Assembly: GCA_046349975.1 (NCBI GenBank)
Contig: JAXMBH010000002.1
Span: 128,470-192,469, forward strand
DNA: 64,000 bases
Direction of reading: 5' to 3'
From: Pirellulales bacterium
GTDB taxonomy: Bacteria > Planctomycetota > Planctomycetia > Pirellulales > Lacipirellulaceae
A model generated the notes under the pieces. The model was not told where the DNA came from and made no database searches. It saw only the letters and a program-made list of their open reading frames with translations. This document shows positions 42,001-51,631 of the stretch, in pieces (position 1 is the first letter of the stretch; the number at the start of each line of letters is the position of its first letter). Position numbers and translations under genes: made by a program.

Positions 42001-44814
42001 CTCAAGGACAATATCAATGAGATGATTCGTAACCTCAAGGATACGACACTCAAGAACAGCGAGCAGGACTGGCTCAAGACGAACCTCGCGAAGTTCAGCC
42101 GGATGCTCCAAGGCCAGAAGGACTTGCTCACGGTCGGTCGGCTCATTCTGTCGGAACTCGCGCCGGTGGTGAACGCCCAGCAAGCCATGTTCTACCTGCT
42201 CGATACCGGCCAGGAAGCGGCGCAGCTGGTGCTGCTCGCGAGTTATGCGTATCAGCCGCCGCGCACGGTGGGAACGACGATCGCCCTCGGCGAAGGATTG
42301 GTTGGTCAGTGCGCCGTGGAACGCGAGCAGATTCTGCTCACGAACGTGCCGCCGGAATACACGCAAGTGAGTTCTGGATTGGGCGGTGCTCCGCCGCGAA
42401 GCATCATCGTGTTGCCGGTATTGTTCGAAGGACAGGTGAAGGCCGTGCTGGAGCTGGCGTCGTTTGAAACGTTCAGCCCGGCTCACCAGGCCTTGCTCGA
42501 ACAGCTGACGGAAAGTATCGGCATCGTGCTCAACACGATCGCCGCGAACATGCGGACGGAAGACCTGCTCAAGCAGTCGCAGTCGCTGGCCATGGAATTG
42601 CAGAATCGTCAGCAGGAACTGCAACAAACGAACCAGGAACTCAAGGAAAAAGCTCGCTTGCTCGCCCACCAGAACGTCGAAGTGGAGCGCAAGAACCGCG
42701 AAGTCGAGCAAGCGCGGCAGGCGCTCGAAGAGAAGGCAAAGCAACTCGCACTTACCTCGAAGTACAAGTCGGAGTTCCTGGCGAACATGTCGCACGAACT
42801 GCGGACGCCGCTCAACAGCTTGTTGATCCTTTCCGACCAGCTATCGAAGAACCCCGACGGCAACCTTACGCCGCGGCAGACCGAGTACGCCCAGACGATT
42901 CACTCATCCGGCAACGACCTGCTCACGCTCATCAACGATATTCTCGACCTGTCGAAGATCGAATCGGGTACGGTGGTGCTCGATGTCGGCGAGGTGCGGT
43001 TTACGGAGCTCCACGACTTGCTCGAACGCACGTTCCGGCACGTCGCCGAGGCCAAGGGAGTGGACTTCCTGGTGCATCTCGCGCCAGATTTGCCGCTCAA
43101 CATGCAGACCGATAGCAAGCGCGTGCAGCAGGTACTCAAGAATTTGCTCTCGAACGCATTCAAATTCACACATCGCGGCACGGTATCGCTGGACGTGCGG
43201 ATGTCGCATGCCGGTTGGAGTAGCGACAACGATATGCTCAAAAATGCAGATGCTGTGGTGGCCTTCAGCGTCACCGATACCGGCATTGGCATTCCGCCGG
43301 ATAAGCAGCAGAGCATTTTCGAAGCGTTCCAACAGGCCGACGGCAGCACGAGCCGGAAGTACGGCGGCACGGGCCTGGGCCTCGCGATCAGCCGCGAACT
43401 CGCGCGGCTGTTGGGCGGTGAGATCCGCCTGATCAGCATGCCGGGCGCAGGCAGCACATTCACGCTCTATTTGCCGATGTCGTACACATCGTATACCACG
43501 CCCCGGCCCGCGCGGCGGCAGACGATTGCGCCCGTGGCGGCGGCCGAACCCGAGCCGGCGCCATTGCCCGAGTTCGCGAAAGTTGAAGAGCCGGTCACGT
43601 TCAACGAGTTCGACGATGACCGCGATTCGATTCAAGCGAATGATCGGGTGGTGCTGATCGTGGAAAACGATCCGACATTCGCGAAACTCCTGTTGGAAGC
43701 GGCTCGTGAAGGCGGATTCAAGGGGATTGCGACGTCGCGCGGGGCGGCGGCGTTGTCGCTCGCGCACGAGTATCGAATCTCGGCAGTGACGCTCGACATA
43801 TGCCTGCCAGATATCAACGGCTGGCGGGTGCTGCGGCGACTCAAGCAGGATCTCGACACGCGGCACATTCCGGTGTACGTCGTGTCGACCGAAGACGAAC
43901 GCGAAAGTGCCCAGAGCATGGGCGCCGTCGACACGGTGCAGAAGCCGTTGCAAACAAAGGAGACCATGGATGAGCTGTTCGCAGCGATTCGTCGGTTCAT
44001 CGAACGGCCGGTGAAAGAATTGCTGGTTGTGGAGACCGACGGCGAGCGTCGTGAGAAGTTGCTCAATGTGATTGGCAACGGCGATGTGCGGCCGACCGCG
44101 GTGGCCAGCGGCGCTGAAGCCTTAAAAATCCTGGACGAAAAGCAATTTGATTGTGTTGTGTTCGATGTGAATGCGCCGGAGTCGAGTGTCGACGCCGTGA
44201 TCGATCGACTGCACGCCAACCCGCAGCATAGCGACACGCCGCTGGTGATGTACTCCGAAGAACCGCTGCTCCTCGACGAGGCAATGACCGATCGGCTGGC
44301 CCGCTCGACAACGGTGCGGCACGTGCAGTCGCCCGACCGGTTGCTCGACGAAGTGAACTTACTGCTGCATCGACCGACGTCGACGCTCAGCGAGCCGCAG
44401 CGGCAGATTTTGCAGAAGTTGCACGAGGACGACGCGATCCTCAACGGCAAGAAAGTGCTGATTGTCGATGACGATATTCGCAATATCTTCGCCCTCACGA
44501 GCATCCTGGAACGGTATAATATTCATATCTTGTCGGCGGAAACGGGCCGCGATGCCATTCAAATTCTGCAAGACACGCACGACGTGGATGTGGTCTTGAT
44601 GGACATCATGATGCCCGAGTTTGATGGGCTGGATACGACCCGAGCGATTCGCGAGATTCCGCGGTTCAAGGATTTGCCGATCATTGCGGTGACGGCGAAG
44701 GCCATGAAGGGCGACCGCGAGAAGTGCATTGAAGCGGGCGCTTGGGACTATTTATCGAAACCGGTGAACCCGGAGCAGTTGTTGGCAGCGTTGCGTGCTT
44801 GGATACGGCGCTAA
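39097..44814 (+). CDS. soluble hybrid sensor histidine kinase with poly-HAMP array (about 20 HAMP domains), GAF, HisKA/HATPase_c and three receiver domains
   Basis: 1905 aa with AAGGAG 8 nt upstream of the ATG and no TM segment. Nine 92-aa units (...[92 protein letters not shown]...) each contain a canonical and a divergent HAMP. These are followed by a GAF domain ([14 protein letters not shown]...[20 protein letters not shown]) and a coiled coil. The kinase core has an H-box ([17 protein letters not shown]) and a G-box ([23 protein letters not shown]). The three REC domains end with a canonical one (VLIVDDD...[13 protein letters not shown]...K). Confidence 0.9.
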   Translation: MQMLEDQAEAGLDPRALLTALNAFKKGDFSVRLETDVNGMAGKVAAAFNEVLELNERLVGELDRISQVVGKAGRLNQRASLGEVGGSWGQAINSVNALISNLVHPTVETSRVIGAVAKGDLSQTMALEINKRPLQGEFLRTAKTVNRMVSQLGSFASEVTRVAREVGTDGKLGGQAKVRGVAGTWKDLTDNVNLMAGNLTGQVRNIAAVTTAVANGDLTKKITVDVKGEFLELKDTINTMVDQLRSFASEVTRVAREVGTDGKLGGQAMVEGVSGTWKDLTDSVNFMASNLTGQVRNIADVTTAVANGDLSKKITVDVKGEILELKNTINTMVDQLRSFAAEVTRVAREVGTEGKLGGQADVRGVAGTWKDLTDSVNFMASNLTGQVRNIADVTTAVATGDLSKKITVDVKGEILELKNTINTMVDQLRSFASEVTRVAREVGTEGKLGGQADVRGVAGTWKDLTDSVNFMASNLTGQVRNIAEVSTAVANGDLSKKITVDVKGEILELKVTINTMVDQLRSFASEVTRVAREVGTEGKLGGQAEVKGVSGTWKDLTDNVNSMAGNLTSQVRGIAEVTTAVANGDLSKKITVDVKGEILELKNTINTLVDQLSSFASEVTRVAREVGTEGKLGGQADVKGVSGTWKDLTDSVNFMAGNLTSQVRGIAEVTTAVANGDLSKKIIVDVKGEILELKNTINTMVDQLRSFASEVTRVAREVGTEGKLGGQADVRGVSGTWKDLTDNVNFMASNLTGQVRSIAEVTTAVARGDLSKKITVDVKGEILELKNTINTMVDQLSSFASEVTRVAREVGTEGKLGGQAEVKGVSGTWKDLTDNVNSMAGNLTSQVRGIAKVVTAVANGDLKRKLTVEAKGEIAALADTINGMIETLATFADQVTTVAREVGVQGRLGGQASVPGAAGTWKALTDNVNQLAANLTTQVRAIAEVATAVTKGDLTRSISVEAQGEVAALKDNINEMIRNLKDTTLKNSEQDWLKTNLAKFSRMLQGQKDLLTVGRLILSELAPVVNAQQAMFYLLDTGQEAAQLVLLASYAYQPPRTVGTTIALGEGLVGQCAVEREQILLTNVPPEYTQVSSGLGGAPPRSIIVLPVLFEGQVKAVLELASFETFSPAHQALLEQLTESIGIVLNTIAANMRTEDLLKQSQSLAMELQNRQQELQQTNQELKEKARLLAHQNVEVERKNREVEQARQALEEKAKQLALTSKYKSEFLANMSHELRTPLNSLLILSDQLSKNPDGNLTPRQTEYAQTIHSSGNDLLTLINDILDLSKIESGTVVLDVGEVRFTELHDLLERTFRHVAEAKGVDFLVHLAPDLPLNMQTDSKRVQQVLKNLLSNAFKFTHRGTVSLDVRMSHAGWSSDNDMLKNADAVVAFSVTDTGIGIPPDKQQSIFEAFQQADGSTSRKYGGTGLGLAISRELARLLGGEIRLISMPGAGSTFTLYLPMSYTSYTTPRPARRQTIAPVAAAEPEPAPLPEFAKVEEPVTFNEFDDDRDSIQANDRVVLIVENDPTFAKLLLEAAREGGFKGIATSRGAAALSLAHEYRISAVTLDICLPDINGWRVLRRLKQDLDTRHIPVYVVSTEDERESAQSMGAVDTVQKPLQTKETMDELFAAIRRFIERPVKELLVVETDGERREKLLNVIGNGDVRPTAVASGAEALKILDEKQFDCVVFDVNAPESSVDAVIDRLHANPQHSDTPLVMYSEEPLLLDEAMTDRLARSTTVRHVQSPDRLLDEVNLLLHRPTSTLSEPQRQILQKLHEDDAILNGKKVLIVDDDIRNIFALTSILERYNIHILSAETGRDAIQILQDTHDVDVVLMDIMMPEFDGLDTTRAIREIPRFKDLPIIAVTAKAMKGDREKCIEAGAWDYLSKPVNPEQLLAALRAWIRR
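39560..42050 (+). repeat. nine tandem 276-bp coding repeats (8 about 88-99% identical, 1 diverged) encoding the poly-HAMP units
   Basis: The periodicity is visible in the nucleotide sequence. For example, 40150-40290 and 40426-40566 are nearly identical, and the AAGTGACGCGTGTGGCCCG-CGAAGTGGGTAC blocks recur every 276 nt. It also creates many spurious antisense ORFs. Confidence 0.85.
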
Positions 44815-44824
44815 TCTCGCGTGA

Positions 44825-46969
44825 GTGACGATGGGAGATCGGGCGGGCATCCTGCCGCTGCTGCTGAGAGACGATGTGATGAAGTCCAATTGCGAGCCAG
44901 TGAACATCCTGGTGGTTGACGACGTGCCAGAAAAGATTCTGGCCATCGAGGCTGCGCTGGGTGAATTGGGGCAGACACTCGTGAAGGCGAACTCGGGCCG
45001 CGAAGCGCTGCGATGCCTGCTGAAAGATGATTTCGCCGTGATCCTGCTCGATGTCAACATGCCGGAGATGGACGGCTTCGAAACGGCCGCGCTCATTCGT
45101 GAGCGGCGGCGCAGCGAACATACGCCGATCATCTTCATCACGGCCTTCAATGATGATGTGCAGATGGCGAAGGGGTACTCGCTCGGGGCGGTTGATTTCA
45201 TCTCGACGCCAATCGACCCAGACGTGCTGCGCACCAAGGTGAGTGTGTTCGTCGACCTGTTTCAGAAGACGGAGACGATCCGACAACAGGCGGCCCACCG
45301 CGTGCAACTCGCGCGGGAGCAAGCGGCTCGGCAGGTCGCTGAGAAGGCGATGCGGCGTTCCGCACTGCTCGCGGAGGCAAGCCGACTGTTGTCGCGGTCG
45401 CTGGATTTCGACACGACGCTTACCAGTTTGTACCGCACGATTGTGCCGGCGCTCGCCGATGGTTGCCAGCTCGTGCTCTACGACACGAATATGGATATCT
45501 GGTACTCGCACATCAAAACAGGCGAGGAGGAGCACGACGGCGGCAACGCCAGCTCGCACGCGCGCGTGGAGCAAGTCGACCCGACGCTGGCCTCGGTCGT
45601 GAAAAGCGCGGTCGAAAGCGGGCACGCGCAGCCGATTTCGCCGGAGTTCGTGAAGAACGCGCCGAATTTGGGGTCCCGGAAGAATTGGTCGTACGCGGTC
45701 GTGGCGCCGCTCATTGCTCGAGATATGCCGCTGGGGGCCATTGTATGCTGTCTGCAGGGCACCAACCGACAGTTCGAGCCGGCTGACCTCGCACTGATCG
45801 AAAATCTCGCGAGCCGCGCGGGGACGGCGCTCGACAATGCGCAGCTTTTCCAAACGATTCGCGAAGGCGAGCGCCGCAAGGACGAATTCCTGGCGATGCT
45901 CGGTCACGAGCTACGCAATCCACTCGCCGCGATCACCAACGCCGGTGAGCTCACGCGGCTGCTTGATGCCCAGGATCCGTCGTTCCAGGAATCACTCGAG
46001 ATCATTCGGCAGCAAGCGTCGCTCATGAAGCGGCTGGTCGACGACTTGCTCGATGTGTCGCGCATCACGAGCGGTCGCGTGCAGTTGCAGAAATCGCTCG
46101 TGGATGTGTCGGAGATCGTGACGCGCGTGGCGGAGTCGAACGATGTATTGTTCTCTTCGCGCGGTCACACATTGCACCTCAGCACGCCCGAGGAGGATTT
46201 GTTCTTGGAGGCCGATCCGTATCGGCTCGAGCAAATTCTATCGAACTTGCTGGTGAATTCGGCGAAATACACCGACCCCGGCGGCGATATTTGGTTCAGC
46301 GCGGCCCGGGAAGGCGACGATGTGGTCTTCCGTGTGCGCGATACTGGCATAGGCATTGGGCCCGATTTGCTGCCGAATGTGTTTGATCTGTTTGCACAGG
46401 CGAACCGATCGCTGCATCGGGCCGAGGGCGGTTTAGGCATTGGTTTGACGATCGTTCGCGGTCTCACCGAGCTCCACGGCGGCCGCGTGTGGGCGACCAG
46501 CGAAGGCTTTGGCCGAGGCGCTGAATTCGTGATTTCACTGCCTGCCGTCGTGGAAGCAAATAAGCCTGCTGAACCGGAAGAACCGCCGCTGGCCGAAGAG
46601 ACGATTCGGCGGCGGCGTGTGCTGGTAGTCGAAGATCAACCGGCGCTGTCGCATGTGACGGTGGCTTTGCTTAAAAAGTTGGGCCACGAGGTGCGGTCGG
46701 CGGCCGATGGTCCCGAGGCCCTGATGGCTGTGCGGGAGTACAACCCGGAAGTGGTGTTGCTCGATATCGGGTTGCCGGGCATGGATGGATATGAAGTGGC
46801 GCGTTGCGTCCGCAGCGAGCTTGGCGAGGATGCGCCGCTGCTGGTGGCGATGACCGGTTATAGCCAGCACGAGGTGAGCCGGCACGCGCGGCGTGCGGAG
46901 TTCGACCATCACCTGGTGAAGCCGGCTGATATGAGTGCGCTTAAAGAATTGCTCACGCACTCGCGTTGA
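44825..46969 (+). CDS. hybrid histidine kinase: N-terminal receiver, GAF-like linker, HisKA/HATPase_c and C-terminal receiver
   Basis: It has two receiver domains (REC1 NILVVDDVPE...ILLDVNMPEMDG and REC2 VLVVEDQPAL...VLLDIGLPGMDG), an H-box (FLAMLGHELRNPLAAI) and a G-box (GGLGIGLTIVRGLTELHGGRVWA). A possible alternative start is at 44879 (MKSNCEP). Confidence 0.85.
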   Translation: MTMGDRAGILPLLLRDDVMKSNCEPVNILVVDDVPEKILAIEAALGELGQTLVKANSGREALRCLLKDDFAVILLDVNMPEMDGFETAALIRERRRSEHTPIIFITAFNDDVQMAKGYSLGAVDFISTPIDPDVLRTKVSVFVDLFQKTETIRQQAAHRVQLAREQAARQVAEKAMRRSALLAEASRLLSRSLDFDTTLTSLYRTIVPALADGCQLVLYDTNMDIWYSHIKTGEEEHDGGNASSHARVEQVDPTLASVVKSAVESGHAQPISPEFVKNAPNLGSRKNWSYAVVAPLIARDMPLGAIVCCLQGTNRQFEPADLALIENLASRAGTALDNAQLFQTIREGERRKDEFLAMLGHELRNPLAAITNAGELTRLLDAQDPSFQESLEIIRQQASLMKRLVDDLLDVSRITSGRVQLQKSLVDVSEIVTRVAESNDVLFSSRGHTLHLSTPEEDLFLEADPYRLEQILSNLLVNSAKYTDPGGDIWFSAAREGDDVVFRVRDTGIGIGPDLLPNVFDLFAQANRSLHRAEGGLGIGLTIVRGLTELHGGRVWATSEGFGRGAEFVISLPAVVEANKPAEPEEPPLAEETIRRRRVLVVEDQPALSHVTVALLKKLGHEVRSAADGPEALMAVREYNPEVVLLDIGLPGMDGYEVARCVRSELGEDAPLLVAMTGYSQHEVSRHARRAEFDHHLVKPADMSALKELLTHSR

Positions 46970-47203
46970 GCATGTTGGGTTCAAAACGGTTTAATGGTAA
47001 GTGAGGGCTTATTCGTGTGAAGCAATCGTGCCGACGCCGTGGAAGCCGCGGCGGCAAGCGATAGTTGGGACTGCGCAAGGCGTTGCGGCTGCGAAGCGAC
47101 AAAGTAAACGCGGCATCCTTGCAGGCGACTGGGAATACTGGAAACAATTAAGTCATGTAGCTTGATTCGCTCGGGCGAACTCGGCTATCTGGAGGAAAAA
47201 AGC

Positions 47204-48676
47204 ATGTCACGCATTTTGGTAATCGATGACGATCGTTCAGTGCGGCATTTGATCGGTAAGGCATTCGAGGAATCGGATGTCGAAGTAGTGCCGGCAGCCA
47301 CTTCAGATGAAGGCCTGCAGCTGCTCGGCAGCCGGCAGTTCGACGTAGTGCTCCTCGACATTTTATTGCCAGAGTCTTCCGGTCTGGATGTGTTCGAACG
47401 CATTCGGCAGATTGACCCGAAGCTGCCAGTGATCTTCATCACGTCGCTCTCGAGCAGCGATACGGCGATCAAGGCCATGACGCTGGGCGCATTCGATTAC
47501 TTGCTTAAACCGCTCGATTTAGCGCGGATTCGCGACCTGGTGCGGCAAGCGATCGAGATTCGCCGCTTAATGAGCATTCCGGTCGAGATGCCCGGCGCTC
47601 GGAACGGGCGCATGAACGGTGCGGTGACCGAGAATCGTACCGACACGCTCGTGGGCAATAGCCCGCAGATGCAGGAAGTGTACAAGGCGATCGGCCGCGT
47701 GGCGCCGCAAGATGTGACCGTGCTCATTCGTGGCGAGAGCGGCACGGGCAAAGAGCTTGTCGCCCGGGCGCTCTATCAGCATAGCCCGCGTGTGAAGGGC
47801 CAGTTCCTAGCGGTGAACTGCGCGGCGATCCCGGATGCGTTGCTGGAAAGCGAGCTGTTCGGCCACGAGAAAGGGGCCTTCACCGGCGCCGATCAGCGGC
47901 GAATCGGCAAGTTCGAACAATGCTCGGGCGGCACGCTGTTCCTCGATGAAATTGGCGATATGTCGCCGCTCGTGCAGAGCAAGGTGCTGCGGGTGTTGCA
48001 ATCGCAACAGTTTGAACGTGTCGGCGGCAACCAGACGATCAGCACCGATGTGCGCGTCATCGCGGCGACGAACCGCGACCTCGAGAAAATGGTTGAGGAA
48101 GGCGATTTCCGTTCCGACCTCTACTACCGGCTCAGCGGGTTCACGATCCAGCTCGCCCCGTTGCGTGATCGGCCCGAGGACCTGCCGCCGTTGCTCGAAA
48201 ATTATCTGGCACTCTTCAGCAAGGAACTGAGCAAAGATGTGCACGGTTTCTCGCCCGAGGCGATGGACGTGCTGCTCAATTACTCTTGGCCCGGCAACGT
48301 ACGCGAACTGCAAAACGTGCTTAAGCAGACGTTGCTGCGATCCGCCGGGCATGTGGTGATTCCAGATTTCATTCCCGATCGTGTTCGCACGCCGGGCAGC
48401 AGCTCGGCGAGCGATGGCGGCGACTTGCCAGGGACCGACCTTCGGCAGTTCGTCGATGAACGCCTGGAACACGAATCGACGGATTTGTATGCCGAGGCAC
48501 TTGAGTTCATGGAGCGCTACGTGGTGACTCGCGTGCTCCGCGTGTGCGAGGGCAACCAGTCGAAGGCCGCCCGGATGCTCGGCATCACCCGCGGTTGTTT
48601 ACGGAGCAAGGTGCGGGCGCTCAAAGTCTCAATCGACACGCGCGTGCAGGTGGAAGGCGAGCCGGTCGAAGTCTAA
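47204..48676 (+). CDS. sigma-54-dependent response regulator (NtrC family: REC + AAA+ + Fis HTH)
   Basis: The receiver domain reads ILVIDDD...VLLDILLPESSG. The AAA+ domain has a GESGTGKE Walker A motif, a GAFTGA sigma-54 contact motif and an ESELFGHEKGAFTGA-like segment. The C-terminal HTH reads ARMLGITRGCLRSKVRAL. GGAGG lies 8 nt upstream of the chosen ATG. Confidence 0.9.
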   Translation: MSRILVIDDDRSVRHLIGKAFEESDVEVVPAATSDEGLQLLGSRQFDVVLLDILLPESSGLDVFERIRQIDPKLPVIFITSLSSSDTAIKAMTLGAFDYLLKPLDLARIRDLVRQAIEIRRLMSIPVEMPGARNGRMNGAVTENRTDTLVGNSPQMQEVYKAIGRVAPQDVTVLIRGESGTGKELVARALYQHSPRVKGQFLAVNCAAIPDALLESELFGHEKGAFTGADQRRIGKFEQCSGGTLFLDEIGDMSPLVQSKVLRVLQSQQFERVGGNQTISTDVRVIAATNRDLEKMVEEGDFRSDLYYRLSGFTIQLAPLRDRPEDLPPLLENYLALFSKELSKDVHGFSPEAMDVLLNYSWPGNVRELQNVLKQTLLRSAGHVVIPDFIPDRVRTPGSSSASDGGDLPGTDLRQFVDERLEHESTDLYAEALEFMERYVVTRVLRVCEGNQSKAARMLGITRGCLRSKVRALKVSIDTRVQVEGEPVEV

Positions 48677-48925
48677 GGACGGAGGCCGCACACGGCCAAC
48701 TTGCGGCTTTGTCTTAGAGCGTGTTTTGAAGTTGAAGCAGTTGCCTTGCAGCCCTCAGCGTTCGGGAGCGGGCAGGTGCCGGGGTTGCTGGCACCATCAG
48801 GCTTTGGCCTAACCTCTCCCAAAGCGAGAAGGAGGATTGCCAAACACGCGCCCAGGGTGGCTGGCTGGTACGGAAAAGAAGTTACCGTCGGAAAAAGTGT
48901 GACGGGTTGAAGAGACCAACCGGCG

Positions 48926-49297
48926 TCAAGCCGTCACACTATTGCCCACATTGCTGCGAATCGCTGCAAGTAGCTGCTGCAATTCCTGCTCGAGCTCGAT
49001 AAACTGGGCATCCACATGTTCGAGTTTTGCGTGGTGGCCGGCGTCTTCAATTTGCTGAGCGGCCTGCCCTGCCCTTTCGCCGCCGCAGCCAAGCACGAGC
49101 CCTTTCAGGGCGTGCGCCTTCGCGCGAATGCTTGCCGCGTCCCTCCGTTCCACTGCCTGCTTCAGTTCCTCGGCGAGTGGTGGCGCATCATCCAACAGGA
49201 TGGCCGCCATCTCACGGAAAAGTTGTTCATCGCCACCAAAGCGGGTTAGAGTCGCCTCAATGTTGAGAATCCTTGCAGTCAACGCACCATCTCTCAT
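48926..49297 (-). CDS. Hpt (histidine phosphotransfer) domain protein
   Basis: 123 aa. It has the Hpt phosphoacceptor region AKAHALKGLVLGCGGERAGQAA in a four-helix-bundle-like context. Confidence 0.7.
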   Translation of the reverse strand: MRDGALTARILNIEATLTRFGGDEQLFREMAAILLDDAPPLAEELKQAVERRDAASIRAKAHALKGLVLGCGGERAGQAAQQIEDAGHHAKLEHVDAQFIELEQELQQLLAAIRSNVGNSVTA

Positions 49298-49651
49298 CGC
49301 TGTCCACTCGGCCGCAACTCACACCATTTACCCGCGGTAACGGAACCGCAACTAACGACGTTTCGGCTACACTGTAATCGAAACACCTGCGGAAGTGTAT
49401 TGCCGGCGGAGTTATATGGCGTCGCCGCGTGCGTGCCCGCATTCGGAGGTCCGCCAGTCCTGTAAATAATTTCGCAGTTTAGTGGGGATATCGGGCGGCA
49501 AACCTTCGCGGCGGCGGCGTTCCGTTGCGGACCAATTTCCGCGGACTTCAGCGGCTCGTTGCCGCACTTCATTCGTGCTGATTCTGCTGATTCTTAACAT
49601 TGGTCGGCTCCTGCTGAACTGCATGCTCGTGTGCGAAAGAATTGTTTGCGT

Positions 49652-49978
49652 CTATTTCGAAGCGTTCTGTTTTCGAGTACGGGCAGCCTTTCTTGCCGAG
49701 GCCCGTCGGGCGGCCTTTGGCCGGGCGGCCGCTGCTGCACCGCCTTTCTTGCCACCAGTACGCGATGGCACCTTGTTTTGTTCCTTGCCGCGACCGGAAC
49801 CCCCCGGTTTCTTGCCGCCATGGTCGCTGGCATTCACCGTCGCCCAGGCCCGCCGCTCCGCTTCTTTCTCCGACAAGCCGCGGCTTTCGTAGCCCTCTTC
49901 GATATGCTGCGCCTTGCGTTTTTGCTTGTCCGTATATTTCGATTTTTCGCCTCGCGGCATGACTCCCTCCCTGGCCAT
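49652..49978 (-). CDS. small Lys/Arg/Gly-rich disordered protein with conserved N-terminal PRGEKSKYTDKQKRKAQHIEEGYE...RAWATVN motif (stress-protein-like)
   Basis: 108 aa with a very basic, low-complexity C-terminus. The N-terminal about 50 aa appear to be a conserved small-protein motif seen in other bacteria. It is preceded by a consensus sigma-54 promoter. Confidence 0.5.
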   Translation of the reverse strand: MAREGVMPRGEKSKYTDKQKRKAQHIEEGYESRGLSEKEAERRAWATVNASDHGGKKPGGSGRGKEQNKVPSRTGGKKGGAAAAARPKAARRASARKAARTRKQNASK

Positions 49979-50073
49979 TTTCGGCCGGCCGATGGATGGT
50001 TATTGCAGCGCCGCCCGGAGCGTCTAAATTGACCGCCGCCAGACAACACTTTATGCAAGTTGGCAGGTGGATT

Positions 50074-50089
50074 AGCAAGAACCGTGCCA
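50074..50089 (-). promoter_or_regulatory. sigma-54 (-24/-12) promoter TGGCACggttcTTGCT directing transcription of the 49978 gene
   Basis: The reverse complement of 50074-50089 is TGGCAC-N5-TTGCT, a perfect match to TGGCAC-N5-TTGCW with GG-N10-GC spacing. It lies about 95 nt upstream of the ATG at 49978. Confidence 0.55.
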
Positions 50090-50281
50090 CCCCAAACTTT
50101 TTGTCGGATAGGTTACGCTGCAGGCGCAAATGTGCTTGCTTTCCCACCAGGTTAGAGCATGGCTCGGATGATGCGGCATTGTTCAATTGACGCCGAACGA
50201 CCAAGTCGGCGCACCGGTAACCGCCCTCGGCCTCAAGGCCGAATGCCGCTGCGTTTCTATAGTGGACGACGAATTGACTAG

Positions 50282-50298
50282 TGGCATACGACGTGCTT
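50282..50298 (+). promoter_or_regulatory. weaker sigma-54-like promoter TGGCATacgacgtGCTT upstream of the YflT-like gene
   Basis: GG-N10-GC spacing is satisfied. The -24 element matches in 5 of 6 positions, while the -12 element is degenerate (GTGCTT). It lies about 50 nt upstream of the ATG at 50349. Confidence 0.3.
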
Positions 50299-50348
50299 GC
50301 TCTCTTTGACGCATCTTGAGTTAAGGTTACGAGAATTTTGGCCCCATA

Positions 50349-50915
50349 ATGAAGGCGGCAACAATGGCAAGCAATACAACCACGGTGAAACTAAACGAAC
50401 ACGCAAGCGAGGAGCGGCCGATTGAAGTCGGCGTGTTTGATGCGATCGATGCCGCCCGCCAGGCCGTGCACGGCCTGCGAGCGGCCGGATTTGGCATCGG
50501 GCAAATCACGGTCGTGTGCTCCGACGAAACAAAGGAACGTTATTTTAGCGAGTTCGAACATCAAGATCCCGCGGGCACTCACACGCCGACGGCTTCGATC
50601 GCGGGTGGAACGATAGGGGCAGTCGTTGGCGGTTTGGCCGTTGTGGCATCCGCCGTGGCTACCGGTAGTTTGGCGCTGTGGGCGGCCGGACCGATTTCAG
50701 CGTGGGCTGGCGGCGTGGCTGGCGGCCTCGTGGGCGCAATGATGACACGCGGCGTCGAGAAAGAGTTGGCAAACTACTATCAACAAGCCGTGATGAACGG
50801 TCAGATTTTGGTGGCGGCCGAGGATCACAGCGAGGCGAGCGCCAGCCGTCTGGCAGAGGCCGCGCGCATTCTTTCCCAGGCGGGCGCAAAGCCCCTGCCG
50901 TTGCGAGAAGGCTAG
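50349..50915 (+). CDS. YflT/general-stress-protein-17M-like domain protein with Gly-zipper membrane segment
   Basis: The N-terminal IEVGVFDAIDAARQAVHGLRAAGFGIGQITVV matches the YflT-type domain. It is followed by a Gly/Ala-rich hydrophobic segment (GGTIGAVVGGLAVVASAVATGSLALWAAG). 188 aa, with a possible alternative start at 50364. Confidence 0.55.
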   Translation: MKAATMASNTTTVKLNEHASEERPIEVGVFDAIDAARQAVHGLRAAGFGIGQITVVCSDETKERYFSEFEHQDPAGTHTPTASIAGGTIGAVVGGLAVVASAVATGSLALWAAGPISAWAGGVAGGLVGAMMTRGVEKELANYYQQAVMNGQILVAAEDHSEASASRLAEAARILSQAGAKPLPLREG

Positions 50916-51186
50916 GCGGCAGTGCGGCATTCTTGATGGGTGCGCAACCACATTGGTCCGAAGTACGTCATAAGTGCGGCTGCCACCAGTGCTTGCATCG
51001 CAAAGTTTTAGCTTCGCTTTCGCACAACGATTACGCGCAAGCCGTACAACGCGTGTTCGTGCGACGTAGTCGACCACTCCGGCACATGAAATGCTTTAGC
51101 CAACGTAACCGAAAATAACGACTTTGTTTTCCTGGATTGTTTTTCTTTGCCATCCTCGCATAGGCGCTGGAGGCACGTTGCACACT

Positions 51187-51489
51187 ATGAAGATTAACCA
51201 CCGCTTCACCGCTCTGACCTTGCTCGGCACCAGTTTGTTCATTGAACTCGCTGGGTGCTCATCGAAGCCCGTCGGGCAGTCGACAACCACTCGCGGCGTA
51301 GCAGAACACGATACGGCGGCTCCGGTCACGCCGCCGCCGGTGACAACACCCGCGCCTGCACCGTCGACCGACGCGACGAGCGATCGGCCGGGTGACCGCA
51401 AAGTGGATGTGCAGGTCGGCGGACCGGCCGGAGTCAACGTCCAAGTCGGACCAAAGACTGGCGCCAACAACGGTACAACGGCGCAATAA
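51187..51489 (+). CDS. small lipoprotein (Pro/Thr-rich)
   Basis: Begins MKINHRFTALTLLGTSLFIELAGCSS, a signal peptide with a LAGC lipobox. The mature part is low-complexity and Pro/Thr/Val-rich. The tracked ORF begins at a TTG at 51124. Confidence 0.5.
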   Translation: MKINHRFTALTLLGTSLFIELAGCSSKPVGQSTTTRGVAEHDTAAPVTPPPVTTPAPAPSTDATSDRPGDRKVDVQVGGPAGVNVQVGPKTGANNGTTAQ

Positions 51490-51631
51490 CTAACGTCGAC
51501 TGCAAATTGTGTTGTGACCTCGAGCGAATGAAGGCACTTCGCGGTGCGATTCGGGTTAGCTCCTGAGAAGTGGAGTCGCTTCGCTCAACTGGATGTTTTT
51601 CGTTTCCGCGTTTTTGAAAAGGAGAAGTTGT

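Noticed and set aside
39560-42050. Possible CRISPR array, suggested by the regular direct repeats
   Set aside because: The period (276 bp) is far too long and there are no unique spacers. The repeats are in frame and encode HAMP domains.
39324-42795. Series of minus-strand ORFs (88-435 aa) inside the poly-HAMP kinase gene
   Set aside because: These are periodic antisense frames created by the 276-bp tandem repeats. Their translations repeat SRATRVTS-type junk, and the plus strand encodes a coherent kinase.
51160-51176. GGCACGTTGCA upstream of the lipoprotein gene as a sigma-54 promoter
   Set aside because: GGCAC and TTGCA are adjacent (spacing 1 instead of 5), and GG-N10-GC is not satisfied. 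It more likely overlaps the ribosome-binding site region.
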